Assembly: GCA_028023455.1 (NCBI GenBank)
Contig: JAQFVV010000003.1
Span: 23,560,001 to 23,624,000, forward strand
Length of the DNA: 64,000 bases
Reading direction: 5' to 3'
DNA from: Epiperipatus broadwayi
Taxonomy: Eukaryota > Animalia > Onychophora
Of this stretch, positions 12,747-26,652 are shown one piece after another. Every line of letters begins with the position of its first letter. The stretch's first letter is position 1. A program made the translations under genes and the position numbers. The notes below the pieces were generated by a model, which had not been told where the DNA came from, made no database searches, and saw only the letters and a list, made by a program, of their open reading frames with translations.

Positions 12747-13418
12747 ATAGGATATATGAGCACAGACTTTCACATGAGCAACCACTCTCCACACTATCTC
12801 ATATCACTGATACACTTGAACACATATATGTTGAAAAGATAAATAATCACCAATATACATATTTCATGCTAAACCAGCAATCATCAGTTGGTCCAGATTA
12901 CCATCTCTACACATATATGCTATAAATGCTCAGATATATATTAAGATAGCCAATTCTCATACTCTAATGGACAGGCTTCAATCCACTCCACACTCCAACT
13001 CTTCAACCGTCCATCCAAGTAGAGATGTCTGCACATCCCTTGTATATGTATTAAATGGATTATGTCCTGTACAATGAGGGGTCAGATTGATCTTAGGTCA
13101 ACATGGTTGTGACAAGAATCTCGGCCTCAGGATGGCATTTGAGCATTCCATCATCAGATTTTTAATTGGATGGACGGTTGAAGAGTTGGAGTGTGTAGTG
13201 GATTGAAACCTGTCCATTAGAGTATGAGGATTGGCTATCTTAATATATATCTGAGCACTTATAGCATATATGCGTAGAGATGGTAATCTGGTTTAGCATG
13301 AAATATGTATATTGGTGATTATTTATCTTTTCAACATATATTTGTTCAAGGATGTCAGTGATATGAGATAGTGTGGAGAGTGGTGGGTCGTGTGAAAGTC
13401 TGTGCTCATATACCCTAT
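12747..13418. repeat. Long inverted repeat (arms 12747-13018 and 13166-13418, 147-bp spacer), hammerhead family B
   Basis: The arms are high-identity reverse complements; the right arm lacks 19 nt. The core shares sequence with the 45.1-45.85 kb repeats. Confidence 0.92.
12849..12892 (-). ncRNA. Minimal type I hammerhead ribozyme (family B copy 1)
   Basis: - strand reads accaa CTGATGA t-tgct-ggttt-agca-t GAA ATA-TG-TAT A ttggt. Stem I is a perfect 5 bp, stem II is 4 bp, stem III is 3 bp, triplet AUA. Confidence 0.8.
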
Positions 13419-14804
13419 TTATTCTTTTAAGTAAATTAGGAAAAACCAAGTCATTATAAAATGCATATTTTTAAAATAATTAATAATATAATTTTTAGGG
13501 TAATGTTTCAGCATAGCAGGCTATCATTTAACAGCAGGCTATCATTTAACAATCAGTCATAGAGATTATCAGTCGATCGAATTCATGACATCTTTTTATA
13601 AACTTGTGTTAAAGTGAATTTTTTAAATATCTTTTTTTTTTTTTGCAAATTCATTTAAACTAGAATGTTTATTTTATTTGACTTCTTTTTTTTTTTTACT
13701 AATGCTACTCTAACTCAGTATTGTATCTAACTTATATAATTAATTTTTATTTGTTATATTTAATCTTTTTCTCATGCTAACGTATAGCTAGCTTTATTCC
13801 TAATGTTTTTAGCATTAATACTTATCTTCTCCAGTTTTTTTAGTTTCTCATCAAATTATTTTTTGTCAAAATATTGACTCTTTAAAAGTCAATCTTGTCT
13901 TTTTTTAAAAAAGCGTTAACTATTTTGGGTATAGTTTTTCACTTTTGAATTATTCGAAAAGATATTTAATAAATATAAATAGCATTTTTTCCCCAGTGTT
14001 TTATTGGCCCTGCTATATCTATTTAGTATTGATTTTTTTTTTTTAAGGTTAAAAACTATTTCTTCTACATGATACTACTGTACAAAGCCCCAAAATAGCT
14101 TTTTGAGCATAATTTTCTTATGTTAGGCAACATGATCTCAATGTAATCTCATTTTATTACACTTTTTTTTTTTTTACAGATGCTATTTGAATTATTTCTT
14201 ACTTTTTTCATCTATCTTCATTATTTGTTGGTTGTCAAGATTGTCTTTACTATAGATATTCATATAATTTTTAAATTTATTTCACTAATTTGATTTTGTT
14301 TTTTAAAATGATTCACTTTTGCTCTGCCATTTATTGCAAGCCCCATAATCAAATGTTAGATATTATTGCCATATTCATATCTCTAGATTAGTTTCTGCCT
14401 ATTATTCTTTTTAGTAAGGAGCTTCAGATTTGCATAAATACATACAACAGCCACCTTTACTATTTTATATTATCCTGTGAATCCAATCCATCAAGCTTTG
14501 AATCCAAGTTTTTAATGCGAAAACTTAAAAGTATATAGTGAAAGTTAAGGGATGCTTTTCTTTTAAAAATAATTTTCAATTCACATTTTTAAATATCTCT
14601 TTACTGTTCATTTCTGCTCAGTTTTATTCAAACTCATGACATTTAGTTTATTATTATTTTTTTTATAGTATTTAATATATTTTAAATTACAATTAACTAT
14701 GTATATTTTAAATATTTTTTTGCTTATGTTATAGTATTAATTTTTTTTGAATTGATTAATCTTTTCCATTTGATCCTTAGATGGCAGTGCTAGTAATTTT
14801 CATG

Positions 14805-15455
14805 AATATTTGTACAAAAGGTAGGATAATTGTGTTAGGAGGATTGTTGAGGGTTATAGTGGTAAGGAATGGGATAGAAGAATAGATGCATTAATAAAGA
14901 ATAGGGAGTTGGAGAGATGGAGAACTAGTATGGAGAGTAAACAGAGTTTAAATATATATAAAAGTAAATGGAACGTTGGGTGTGATTTAATTTATGATAA
15001 TAGCAAAGAAAGTAATTTATTGTTTAAGGCTCGAACGGGATCTTTAGCAACAAGGGAATATACATGTAAATGGAAAAATATGGGTGATTTAGTCTGAAAA
15101 TTGTGTAAGGAAGGCATAGAAAATATTAGGCATTTGTTAATTGAATGTAAATGCTTGAAAGCAGAAAGGGTATAAGTAATGAAGTTATGGAAGAATAAAT
15201 ATGAACAAAGTGATTATATAGAAAGTGGATTATTAGTTTTTATGCTGGGTTTGGGAAAAGATAAGAGGGATTTAGATGTGAAGGCCATGGAGTTGACAAA
15301 GATTATATAGTGGAAATGGGATGGAGCAGATTATGGGAAAACTTAGGATGAGGAATGGAAAGGGTAGGTAAAGTGGCTAACAGATTTCTCTGGGCATAAT
15401 TGCTGGGAGATTCCTGACTCCGTATAAGGAGAAGTTACAGTGCATCACATCACAT
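14805..15455 (+). mobile_element. 3' fragment of the esterase-ORF1 LINE family with (CACAT)n tail
   Basis: Encodes LLFKARTGSLATREY..CKLCKEGIENIRHLLIECKCL (CCHC-like) with stops; ends gcatcacatcacat; homologous to 26.65-27.3, 29.68-30.3 and 34.3-34.85 kb. Confidence 0.9.
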
Positions 15456-16254
15456 ATCTAGTTTTATTCACCAAAGATTATGTATGTGTGTTCAATGGCT
15501 TTATTATATTATTTAAATAGAAGACATTGAGCTGCAAATAATCTTAGATTTTGAACTCTGTCTGTTCAATATTATGATCTCAAATTAGTTTATAATTTTA
15601 TATTTTTAAACAATTTCAGATTCTTTCTAACCGCATACAATATAAAGACATTGAGGTGATGCATATCATTGTAATAGACTAAATCATGTGATCTTTTATT
15701 TGCTGTTCCTTTACATTAGCTATATGTTCTTTTGTTCTGTAGCTAGATGTAATTTTAAAATTCATTTATTGAGGGTTGTCAATAGATTTAAGTTAATCTA
15801 ACTTAGCATCTGACTAATGTAAGAATGGAAATCACTTTCGAAGATAATGTTTAATTTTTAGCACATCAATGAAGGGAAGGGGGCATTTGTATTAACCATG
15901 TAATCCTCTAGTTAAACATTTTATCTGTCAAAAGGTTTAAGCAAATTTGACAGTTAGATGACAGGTTCAAAATTACAATTTAAAGCAAATATAATAAAAA
16001 ATAATCTAAAAATAATTATTAGAAATGATTATTTTTTCATCTTATGTTTGCGGGTATTTTGACACATCTGCGTGTAATTTCTCTTGAAACCAATAAACAC
16101 GCGATAGATTCACATTATTAAAATAACGTGAAAAGTTACAGCTTTGTTTCTGTTTTTATTCATTACTTAAATACTATTTTTATTAGCATATTTTCTTTTT
16201 AATTTATTTTATCACAATATTATTTATCCTCAACATCGTAACTATATAATTCAG

Positions 16255-16328
16255 ATCCTACTTCTGGATTACATTTTATATATAAATGGCTCCAGGAGCA
16301 ATTTCAACTTGAAAAGCAACAACTTTAA
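16255..16328 (+). CDS. Candidate terminal coding exon of an unidentified gene (xPTSGLHFIYKWLQEQFQLEKQQL*)
   Basis: Preceded by tcag; open protein-like phase-1 frame to TAA; lies in a CpG-retaining patch and matches no repeat I could see. No protein family recognised. Confidence 0.22.
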
Positions 16329-19300
16329 ATGAGCGTTTCTGGTATTTTGGCAACGTAGTCTGATGTCCCCTAATTAAATCATTGCTTGCTTTTACAACAA
16401 GGGATTAATGGAGGCTGACATTATCATATGTATTTAATTTGAAATTATGTATTAGATAGTTTGAACAAAACAAAGATAACTAATAAGTTTAAAGTAGAAT
16501 ATGAGAATTTGTTGAATTATATATGTATAATTAATTATCTAAAACAGTGATTCTTAATTTGAGATACATGTATGCTCAGATTTATAAACGAGGACATTTA
16601 GGTATGTGAAAATATTGAAAAAATGGCAGAAAAGGCACATATATCAATTAATGTTAAGTAGCTTTTTTTTAAATGCAATATGTGATATGTTTACTTAAAT
16701 ATATCTATTTTTTGAATGTTAAATGCCTAATAATCACATTATTATTACATTGCTTTTTAATTCTGTTATTGGGCGATTTATTTATAGTTACAACATGTAA
16801 ATCTGAAATAATATCAACTATATAATTGCAATCATTTTGGTAATATGAAGATTGGAAATGGGCTGCTAAAGAATAAATACATAAGTGAAAAATGGTTGGT
16901 ATTGAATTCTGATAAGAATGGCTTTAAAAATAAACTTATTAAATGGATAAAGATAACACTATATAAATGGGATAAAAAAATAAATAGATCGAATGTTTAA
17001 GAATCTATATAGATTAGAGAATGAATGTATATAGATTAGTGAATGATAAATGAAAACATTTTATGGAGAACAAGTAGTTTGATTTCTTATTCGTTCAGAA
17101 ATTTATGAATGATAAAGAAGAAATTACATCTACTGGTTTATAGGTTATCTTCAAGTACTGCAAGCTGCAGATAAATATATTTTTAATTTACTTTCACTTA
17201 AATATAAAAACCAATAAAGTCTTTAGTGAATATCATTTTTCCATATATATATAAGTCAAAAGTAAAAGTAAATTAAGTTCAAAATAGAACAATTGATTCT
17301 TGCTAATATGAAAATATTTGTTTTCTTTATAAAGCAAAATAAAACTTAAATCACTAAGATTAAGATTTATAAGCAGTAATAAATTACCTATATGAAAGAA
17401 ATCCATGAAACCAATAATGAATTGAGAGTAACCCAAAGTGACATTAACAAGATCAGCACTTCAAAAGAATAACCATTCGCTGAAAGTCTGTAATATGTTT
17501 TTGAAGCATTAATAGAAAAATTAATTATTATATAAATAAAATGCAAGACCTTACTTTTTTCCTGAATAATGAATATAGAATCATTATAGATATTTAGCTA
17601 TGCTATCTGGTGTTCATAAATGAGATCATTGTTTATACTACTAAGAGTAAGAACTAAAAGAACTCAGCATTTGGTATTATATTTATTGTCCACTATTTGC
17701 TATCTTCAGATATTATTCTGGAAGAACTGATGTGATCTTTTAAACTAATATTTTTATTATTCATTTTACTATATTATTGACAGTTCTAAAGATATGCATG
17801 TATTGCATAAATTGAAAAATCTTTTCTATATTGCTAAATTGATTTTTTTTTTATGTGTGTTTATGCTTGCATACTATAAATAAAAAGTTTTTCTTAAAAA
17901 AAAAATGAAGTAAAAAATATATATATAATGGACACATCACTAATGGTTTGAATGTTCCATTAAAAGTGAGTTTTATTAGTACACAGCATATATGGTTCAC
18001 TGTTAATTCTATTCAACGCAAAGTACATTTAAATTTTATTAATATAAATCAGAGCCAATTATACTATGTGTAGCATCTATTAGATGATTAAGTGTGAATT
18101 CAAATTTCAATTTTAGGAGCAGCATGGTAGAATCATAGAATCAAACTAATATACAATATAAATAATTAGAGTCTATGGTAAAATTATTGAATAAACATTT
18201 TTATTATATAAACTACATTATCTTAATACATAATTAATCATGAATCGAAAGTCTTTGTTATCAAGTTTTTCTTGGTTAATGATTTTTCTGGTGGGCATTC
18301 AGTAAGTTAAAATAAACCATAGGTGTTCAAATTTATTATTATATGGCATTATATTAATTAAAGAAATATAAAAATTACATACTGTTTGCTGTGATTTATA
18401 AGTGTATATATATTTGCATGTTAGCAGCCATTCTAAAAAGGGAGAGATGGAAGAGAGAAAAGAAGATAAAAGGAGAATGTTGAAGATGAATTATATGAAT
18501 CTGTAATCCATGAATCAGGATATTATCCAGATATATCATATGCTACTCGTTTAATTTGTCATCTTGTCTTATTTGCTATAACATTTTTTTTTCTGAAAGT
18601 CTTTTTAAGATTGTCTCCAATTGCAGCTCTCTTTTGTATTCTAATTATTAACTATAATTTCAATGAAGTTCTTTCATTGTTTATATATATTGAATTTACC
18701 AAATGTCCATAACTATCATTCACAAAATGATAGTCTCTTTATTAAAATATAAATTTCATTAACACTCCTTTAATACTTTAAGCAAACAATCTTTATTTAT
18801 TTATAACAGTTTTGACTGTCCTAGCAGTTTTCTTCAGATATACAACAAAAATTATACAAATATTACTCTTTTTAAACTAACAGTATATGTAATAAAATGA
18901 CCATTTATGCATTCTAACTTCAGATTGTGTAGAATTGGGAAATTTGAACAATAATATTATCAAAGCTAAACATGATTCACCTTTTTTCATGCAACTTTAT
19001 GCAATTGCCAATGACATTTGATCACTTTAATATTTACATTAATTTATATGTGGGTAATTTAAATAGCAATTCTATTTAATTTGTTTTGGAGTTTATTTTG
19101 ACAAATTAAGAGTCAACTGTTTTTAAATGATTACTACTTGTGATTTAAAGAGCAACATCTAATTCCATAACTAATTATCTAAAATGACCCCCAAAAGATA
19201 CAATTTTAACAAATCCTAGCTCCAATTACTATTTAAAAATTGTTTTATCAAAATTCACTCAAATTAATAACTCAAAATTCAAACACTGTAAGATTTTGAA

Positions 19301-19498
19301 CCTAAACCATCTTGCTTAAATAGCTATATAAGTTGAATTCTTGACCAATAATGATTTATGCTAGTGATTTCAGTTATATACACATTATATTTATCTTTGA
19401 TCTTCTAAAACTAATTATATTTAAATCTCAGCTCATTAGATTGGCTAATCTAAAAAAAAATGAAAGTGGTTACTGGATCGATGGGTGATAGGTCAGTG

Positions 19499-19541
19499 CT
19501 TCTCACTGAAGAAAACCAATATCTAAAAACTAGTTTGGAAG
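19499..19541 (+). ncRNA. Decayed family A hammerhead
   Basis: cttctca CTGAAGA aaaccaatatcta AAAAC TA GTT tggaag. The G of GAAA is lost; the ACTAGT palindrome is retained. Confidence 0.55.
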
Positions 19542-22500
19542 CCCTTTTCTGGATGTTGAACCAAAGATCTTTTCAAACTGCTAAAAAATTACAGTATAAA
19601 AAGGTTCTTCTTATGAGTCTCCAAACACTTTTTTTTTCAGATCCAACAGTAAAATCATTTGGTCTTATTAGTTGGTATTAGAATCTCTTCATAGATTCAG
19701 GACAATGTCTATGTCTCTTGTGCTAATCTGTTTTGTAAATGGAATTTAATAGTCATTGGCATATGAAAATGTCATGTAAAAATTATGAACCATATAAATA
19801 ATACTCAAATTAATGAATATAATAGCAGAATTAAAGAACTTAATAAAGCCATTAATCTTCTGATTAGAATAGTTCAGGGATTTGAAAATGGCATTATTAT
19901 ATAATATGCATAGATAACTTAATCGTAAAATAAATGGCTTTTAAATAGAATGGATTACTTTTTCTAAGGCAATTGTTGAAAGTAAATGAGTTATATGACA
20001 CTTTTTTGTTGAAGATATTTCAATTTTTTGTTAATATTATAATTATCTCTTATTTGAATTTGTCAATTTTTTTTTCTATCTTTCACCTTTTCTGTATATC
20101 TTTCATAATTTGACTATCTCATTATACTTTTTTTTTTTACAAAAACAAAAAAAAAACTCTTTTTAATATTTTTATACCGTATTTGTAAACTTTTCTTTCC
20201 AAGTTTTTTAAAATCTATTCTTCCACAAATCTACTTTTCAAAAAGCATCTAGCATTTTTTTTTTTCTAATTATTCAAGTCACTTATTCTATTATTAAATT
20301 ACAATCTAAACATAATATCTTCAAGTCTTTTTTTTAGAGGGGCAGATCTAAGAATTAGAGACCCATGTTATCATAGCTCCATACCATTCAGTTAATTTTT
20401 TTAAATGGGCTTCAAAATTAATTTATTTTAATCACATTATTGAAAGCCGTTTAATCATTTATATTCAGAATTTATATCATTATCTAAGCAACTTATTATA
20501 GATTTAAAAGCATTAATCTACTATTTATTTTATTTATCTATTCAGAAGTCATTCTTGAATTTTTATGACTTCTACATTCATCCCCACCCCCTCCACACAC
20601 ATCACAAACAAAAGAGAATTGTATATTTTAACTATGCCATGATCTGTACCACTAGCTAAACAATTAAAAACCTGAAAATAGTTTCACTACTGTTTTGATT
20701 CCTTTTTTAATTCACTATTTTTTTATATTGACATATTCTATTAATAAATGATTAATTTATAATTATTTAAATGCATTGATTTTTTCTTTTTTCTGTATTT
20801 TTACTATTTAGAAATATTTCTGTCATTCAGATAAATATAATGGAAAGTTTGAGGAAGTCTACTAGATATTTGAAACAAAAAAATAACACTGAAAAAAATA
20901 AAATAAACTTGGTTATTCTTTACTATTATTTGAAATTACATATACACATTAAGATTTCAACAATAAATAAAACTACTATTTTTTTTCTTCAATCTTGTGA
21001 TGAAAATTGATAATGTTTAAATGCCAAAGATATAATATGTGAGTAATCTTAAATTGTTAAATTTTAATGGGATCACCAGATTTATGCTTCTAAGTGAATA
21101 TCAAGTTAATTAAATGTTTTTTTCTGCATCCACAAATGCTATAAGCATTACTATAATATAGAGTGGAACCAAAATGATTTTACTATAATATTTTATTAAC
21201 ATAATTGTAAAGTCGAACATTTGAATTTATGTCTCTAAACTTGCTGATTGACTTAAAAATATATTTAATAAGAATAGACAGAATTAATAAAATAATAATA
21301 ATAATTTTTTAAACTTTAATTTTTTAATTCATACAATCACTGGCATGCCATTTACAAAATATCACAAACAATAGCTACAAATCCTTTTATAGCATAGGTA
21401 GACATGCTTAAAATTTACCAATTAAAAAGAGTAATTGAATCTTTTAATTTCACCACTAGCAATCTTCATCACAAGAAGAGTGAAGAATGAAAAATAATAA
21501 ATATTCTTTTTGCTGATGTCTTAATATGTAACTGTAATTTTAAAATAATTTATATTAAGTATATACATACTGTATATACATTTATGTTTAACACATGTAT
21601 TGTACATGGTATATTTAGAATGTATATTATGAAGAGTATGGTATTATCCATAAATTTTATCCAGAAGGGTCTTGAAACCAATTAGTATTTCATTAATTAT
21701 TTATACTTTATTAATTGTTTCATTAACACTGTTAATTCAACATTTATAAAAAAAATTAAAAACTATAATATTATGGTAAAATAAAAGAGAAATTTAAAAA
21801 ATATTAGTAAAAAATAAAAATAAAATAGACATAAATGTTTTTTTTCTTATCACAAGCATTAGATGTAGATGCAATTTAGCTAACATAAAAATATTATATA
21901 TATATAAGTACACAATTCTTTTATAAAGTTTGTGAAATTGTCACTGATTAATGTTGGAAATAGAGTCATGCTACTAAAAGAAAAAGCTACTTGGTGCAAT
22001 TTTTAGACTCAGATAATAAATGGGTGTTGCTTAAAAATCACCACAATGGCACAAATTAGTTTTTTTTTTAAAAAAAGCACTGTTATAGCAAATTGTTAAG
22101 CAAAAACCACAATGCAAAGTTCATCTATGCATAATTAATATAGTGTTTAAATAAAGTTTTACTATTGTGATAGACATTACAATCATATTATAAATAAATG
22201 AATTTTTCAAATAAATAACTAATGTATTATTTTTTTACAATGAAGTAATCTAGAAGTATTAAATTTAATTGAATTTTAAAACCTTTCTCATTACCTAATG
22301 AATTTAAGATATAATTTTAATTGCACAAAAATAAGTATTATAATAATAGATAGGTGGGGGTGGGTGCTTATATATGAAAGCAAAGTTTAAAAAAAATATA
22401 TTATGAAATTAATTCAGGCTAACATAGGATACAGATGTTTTATTGTCATTTGTTATCAGCTGTTGCTCATACAATTTTATACAAATATGCAGGGATCATG

Positions 22501-22904
22501 TCATTTAAATATATATATATATCTAAGTTCCAATATTTTTTGAACATATGATATTACTACTGTGTTATAATTCAATATATATAAACAACAAACATTGCAT
22601 GTTAAATAATGTTTTAATGTGTAATGTAGTTTTAAATGTACTATAAGAAATATTGTTATGAATAAACAAATGCACATACAAAATTACACATATTAAATTT
22701 AATTAGATTATGCGTAAGATTTTGAAAATATTTTTGACTTACTTGGCATGTGTATATATATTTATTCATTAATTACTATGTATTGTAAGCTTGCAATTGC
22801 TTGTCCTGAAATTCTTTGATAATGTAGTTTGACAGTGAAATGTCAATATCCTACACTCATTGTTTACAATATATTACACTTATATTTAATTATTATATAT
22901 ATAT

Positions 22905-23692
22905 ATTATTATTTAAGCCATTTAGATTTCACAGATGATGTAGTTCTTTTTTGCAAATAATGCTTTAGAGCTTCAGGATATGTTACAATAGTTATCAGAT
23001 GAAAATAAAAAAAATAGGATTAAAGATGAATGTTAAAAAAAGTGAAGTAATGTTCAATGGATTTTTTCTAAAGAAGAAAATAAAGATTGATAATGATGAG
23101 TTAGAATAAGTTAATAATTACAATTATCTTGATCAGATTATTTTTACAGATGGAAACATAATGGATGAAATTAATCATAGAATTAAATTTTTGGAATGCT
23201 TCTGGTTGAAATAATTTAATATTAAAAGGAAATATACATATGTGTTTGAAAAGAAAGGTTTTCAATAAATTTGTGTTATCAGTTCTTATTTATGGATATG
23301 AGATCTGGACACTTTAAAAAAGCAATACAGAGACTGCAGACCATTCAAAGAAGTATGGAGATATGCATATTAGGAATAACAAGAAAATGAAATGCATGGT
23401 GAGAGAACAAAACAAACAGGTGCTACTGATATTGAAAAAATTAAGAGACTGAAGTGGAGATGATCTTGATATATTTCTAGAAGAGATGATAATAGAATGA
23501 CAGTTAAAATATTAAACTGGATTCCAAGAGATTGTAAAGACCTAGAAAGAGACCACATGTGAGATGGATGGATGAAATAAGAAAATGTTGAAGTGTGATG
23601 TGAAGAAGAGAGACTAGAGATCGGAGCTGGATTAAACTTGGAGAGACATTCATTCTGCAGTGAATCAATGATGATTGAAAATGATGATGATT
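22905..23692 (+). mobile_element. RTE-clade LINE, 5'-truncated (RT domain 5 to 3' tail)
   Basis: YLSHLDFTDDVV (FADD variant), RTE-like C-terminal region, gatgatgat tail; many stops. Confidence 0.85.
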
Positions 23693-23699
23693 GTAATAT

Positions 23700-25930
23700 C
23701 AATCCATTGCAGAATAAAGGTCTCTTCAAGTTTAATTCAGTTTTTCTGATCTCTAACCTTTCCTCTTCACAATACACCAACAAACTTCTTTATTTTATTC
23801 GTTCATTTCACACATGGCCTTTTTTTTTTTAGATCTTTTACGATCTTTTTGGGACACGATTTAAGATTTCAATTGTTCATTTATTATTATCTCTTCTAGT
23901 AATATTTTAAGTCCAGATCCATTTCAGTCCATAATTCTTTCATCAATATCAGTAATGCTTGTTTGATTTTTTATCATGAATTTTCTTTTAGTCCTTTCTT
24001 GTTATTTCTAACATACATTTCATACTTTGTTGAGTAGTCGGGGTCTTTGTATTGCTCTTTTGTTAAGTATTTAAAATCTTGCTTCCATAAATGAAAATTG
24101 ATAAAACATGTTTATTAAAAACCTTCCTTTTCAACCATATAGGCATATTATATTTCCTTTTAATATTAAGTGTTTTACTTTTGTTAAGTATTCAAAATTT
24201 TGGTTCCATAAATGAAAATTGATAAAACATGTTTATTAAAAACCTTCCTTTTCAAACATTTAGACATATTATATTTCCTTTTAATATTAAGTGGTTTCTA
24301 CTAAAAGCTGTCCATCCAAGTTATAGTTCTATTATTAATTTCATCCTTTATGATTCCATCTATTATAACAATGTGATTAAGATATTTATAGTTATTAATT
24401 TTCTAATTCATTATTTTCTTTATTTTCGTCTGAGAAAATTGATTGAATATTACTTTACCTTTTTAGCATGTATCTTTATTACATTAATTGATAACTCTTG
24501 CAACATTTCCTGAAGATATGAAGCATTATTTACAAAACAAAACAAAACATACAACTTGCAAAATCTAAATGACTTTATTAATAATATTCATTTATTTTTA
24601 CTTCCTTAGCTTAATTTACATAATACTTGTTGTAAAACTGCTGTAAAAAGCTTTGGAGATATGAAATTATTCTGTTGAACACCCTGATCAATGTTAACCT
24701 TTTTAGTATACATGTAATCTAATCATTGCTGTCACATTTTGATAAATATTCTTCAAAATATGACAATGTTCCAGTCTAATATCTTGATGATACAATGTGT
24801 TAATCACTTTATAAATGCTTATAAAATCAAATGTTTTTTCATGATATATAAATCCAAGACATAATGCTAATTCATATTCAATGGTTATTTCTATAACTCC
24901 ATTTAATTCTTGGATATGGTCTATTGTGCAAAAATCACTTTTCACTCCAGTTTGTTCTTTTAATTGGATAAAACCCAATGTTTACTGTAAATGAATTACA
25001 CTTATCTTGCTAAAAATTTTGTATAGTACTATAGATCTGTAATTTCTAATATCTTTTTTATCATCTTTCTTAAACATCAATATTTATTACTGTATTCTTT
25101 CAATTATCTGATATATCTTTCATTTGGACATTTGGTATATAACTTTGACAACAATTTTTCTATTTCTTCACTTATTTTTTTTTAAGATATCAATTATAAT
25201 TTCATCACTTCTTGCGGCTTTTCACTTTATAGATTTAATTGCATGTCTCACTCCTTCATTTAAAATGCTGACCAATTCAGATGATAATAGTCGGGGGTTG
25301 TTTTGTTCTTTATTACTATATAATTCTTCATAGAATTCTTCCAAACATTTCATGATGTCATCTCTCTTTTTCAGTAATAGTTCCATATTTTTTTTTATTG
25401 CAGAAATAACTTTTTTTTCAATACTAAGATGTTTTCTCCTTTTGAATCTTTTATTCTATCTATATTTTTTTTTTTGGTTAATTCACAATTATATTTTTTT
25501 ATTAATGGATCATGTTTATATATTTTCATATTTCTTATTTTCTTTATACATTCCTTGTCTTAGTAGAAAATTTACTGGTAAATTGCTGTTTTTTTTTTAC
25601 CAGCTATCTTTGTTGTAGTTCTTACTTGCACTATCAGTTATCTTCCAGTTGATTTCATTCAAATCTGAATTATCTTAGCAATCTGTTAATATTTTAAAAT
25701 GATTTGCAAGTTCTAATTTAAATTTATTAGAATGTTTTTGAAGATTAGAAATATTAAATGTTAATACTGACTTTTTTATTAGTTTCTCTCTCTCCAGTTT
25801 GCATTAATGTGTTTCTTACATGTGACCAATCAATAATCACTGCCTGTATTGAATCTGTTAAAAACAATACAATTTTGAAACACACACTTTCTATTAATCA
25901 AATATTATTAGATTCTTCTGTACCTTTATT
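23700..25930 (-). mobile_element. RTE-clade LINE remnant (linker/RT/3' end), internally deleted, with a ~121-bp tandem duplication at ~24060-24300
   Basis: ORF-track pieces give TIDHIQELNGVIE..EYELALCLGFIYHEKTFD (RT domain 3) and KNKPPRLLSSEL..LNEGVRHAIKSMK. Its 3' end faces the + copy. Confidence 0.8.
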
Positions 25931-26652
25931 TGGATATATATATAATCTGAATTAATGTTTTAAGTTTCAATGTGTAATTGTTGTTAAGGACAACACATTA
26001 AAAAGTATATATTTAAATACGAGCAGAATTTCATTATATATAAATAATTTGTATATTTATTCTCTATATTGAAGGTTATTAAAATGTAATGCTCACTTCC
26101 AGATCTTATTTTAATCATATTGTTATTTTACAATTATTTTGATTTTTTTTATTCTTACTGTCTACATACTCATTTTGTTGATAATATAGTCTATGATCTG
26201 ATGTAGAATAGAGCCACTATTTACATAGTAACATTATACCAATAAACAAATTGGAAAATAATCAAATTTATACATTTCACAAAAAATCAAAACAACAACA
26301 ACAAAAACTCTATGTATTTAGCAGTCAAACAATATATAATAATTACAAAATTAAATGCATTCAATAAGTGTGATCGTCACAAATTTTTTGTAAGAAATGA
26401 AATTAGTGAGGAGTTGCATTTGGTATCATTGCTAATTTAATTTTTATAGAATGCTTGTGATAATCACACTTACAGAATGTGTTTGTTTTGTAATCATTAT
26501 GCATTGGTTTGATTACTAAATGAATTATTTTCTGGTTTCTTTTCTAAATATAATATATTATTTTTATGTTTTTAAACATAAATATTATTATTTGTTATTG
26601 AAAATGTATTTAAACTTAGTAATTACATTTTCACTTGCTTAATTTAAGAGTA

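Noticed and set aside
12728-12925. ORF HRLSHEQPLSTLSHITDTLEH..MLNQ (and its mirror 13240..13449) as a coding gene or GIY-YIG tail
   Set aside because: It is the antisense frame of the hammerhead-bearing repeat; the two ORFs exist only because of the inverted repeat.
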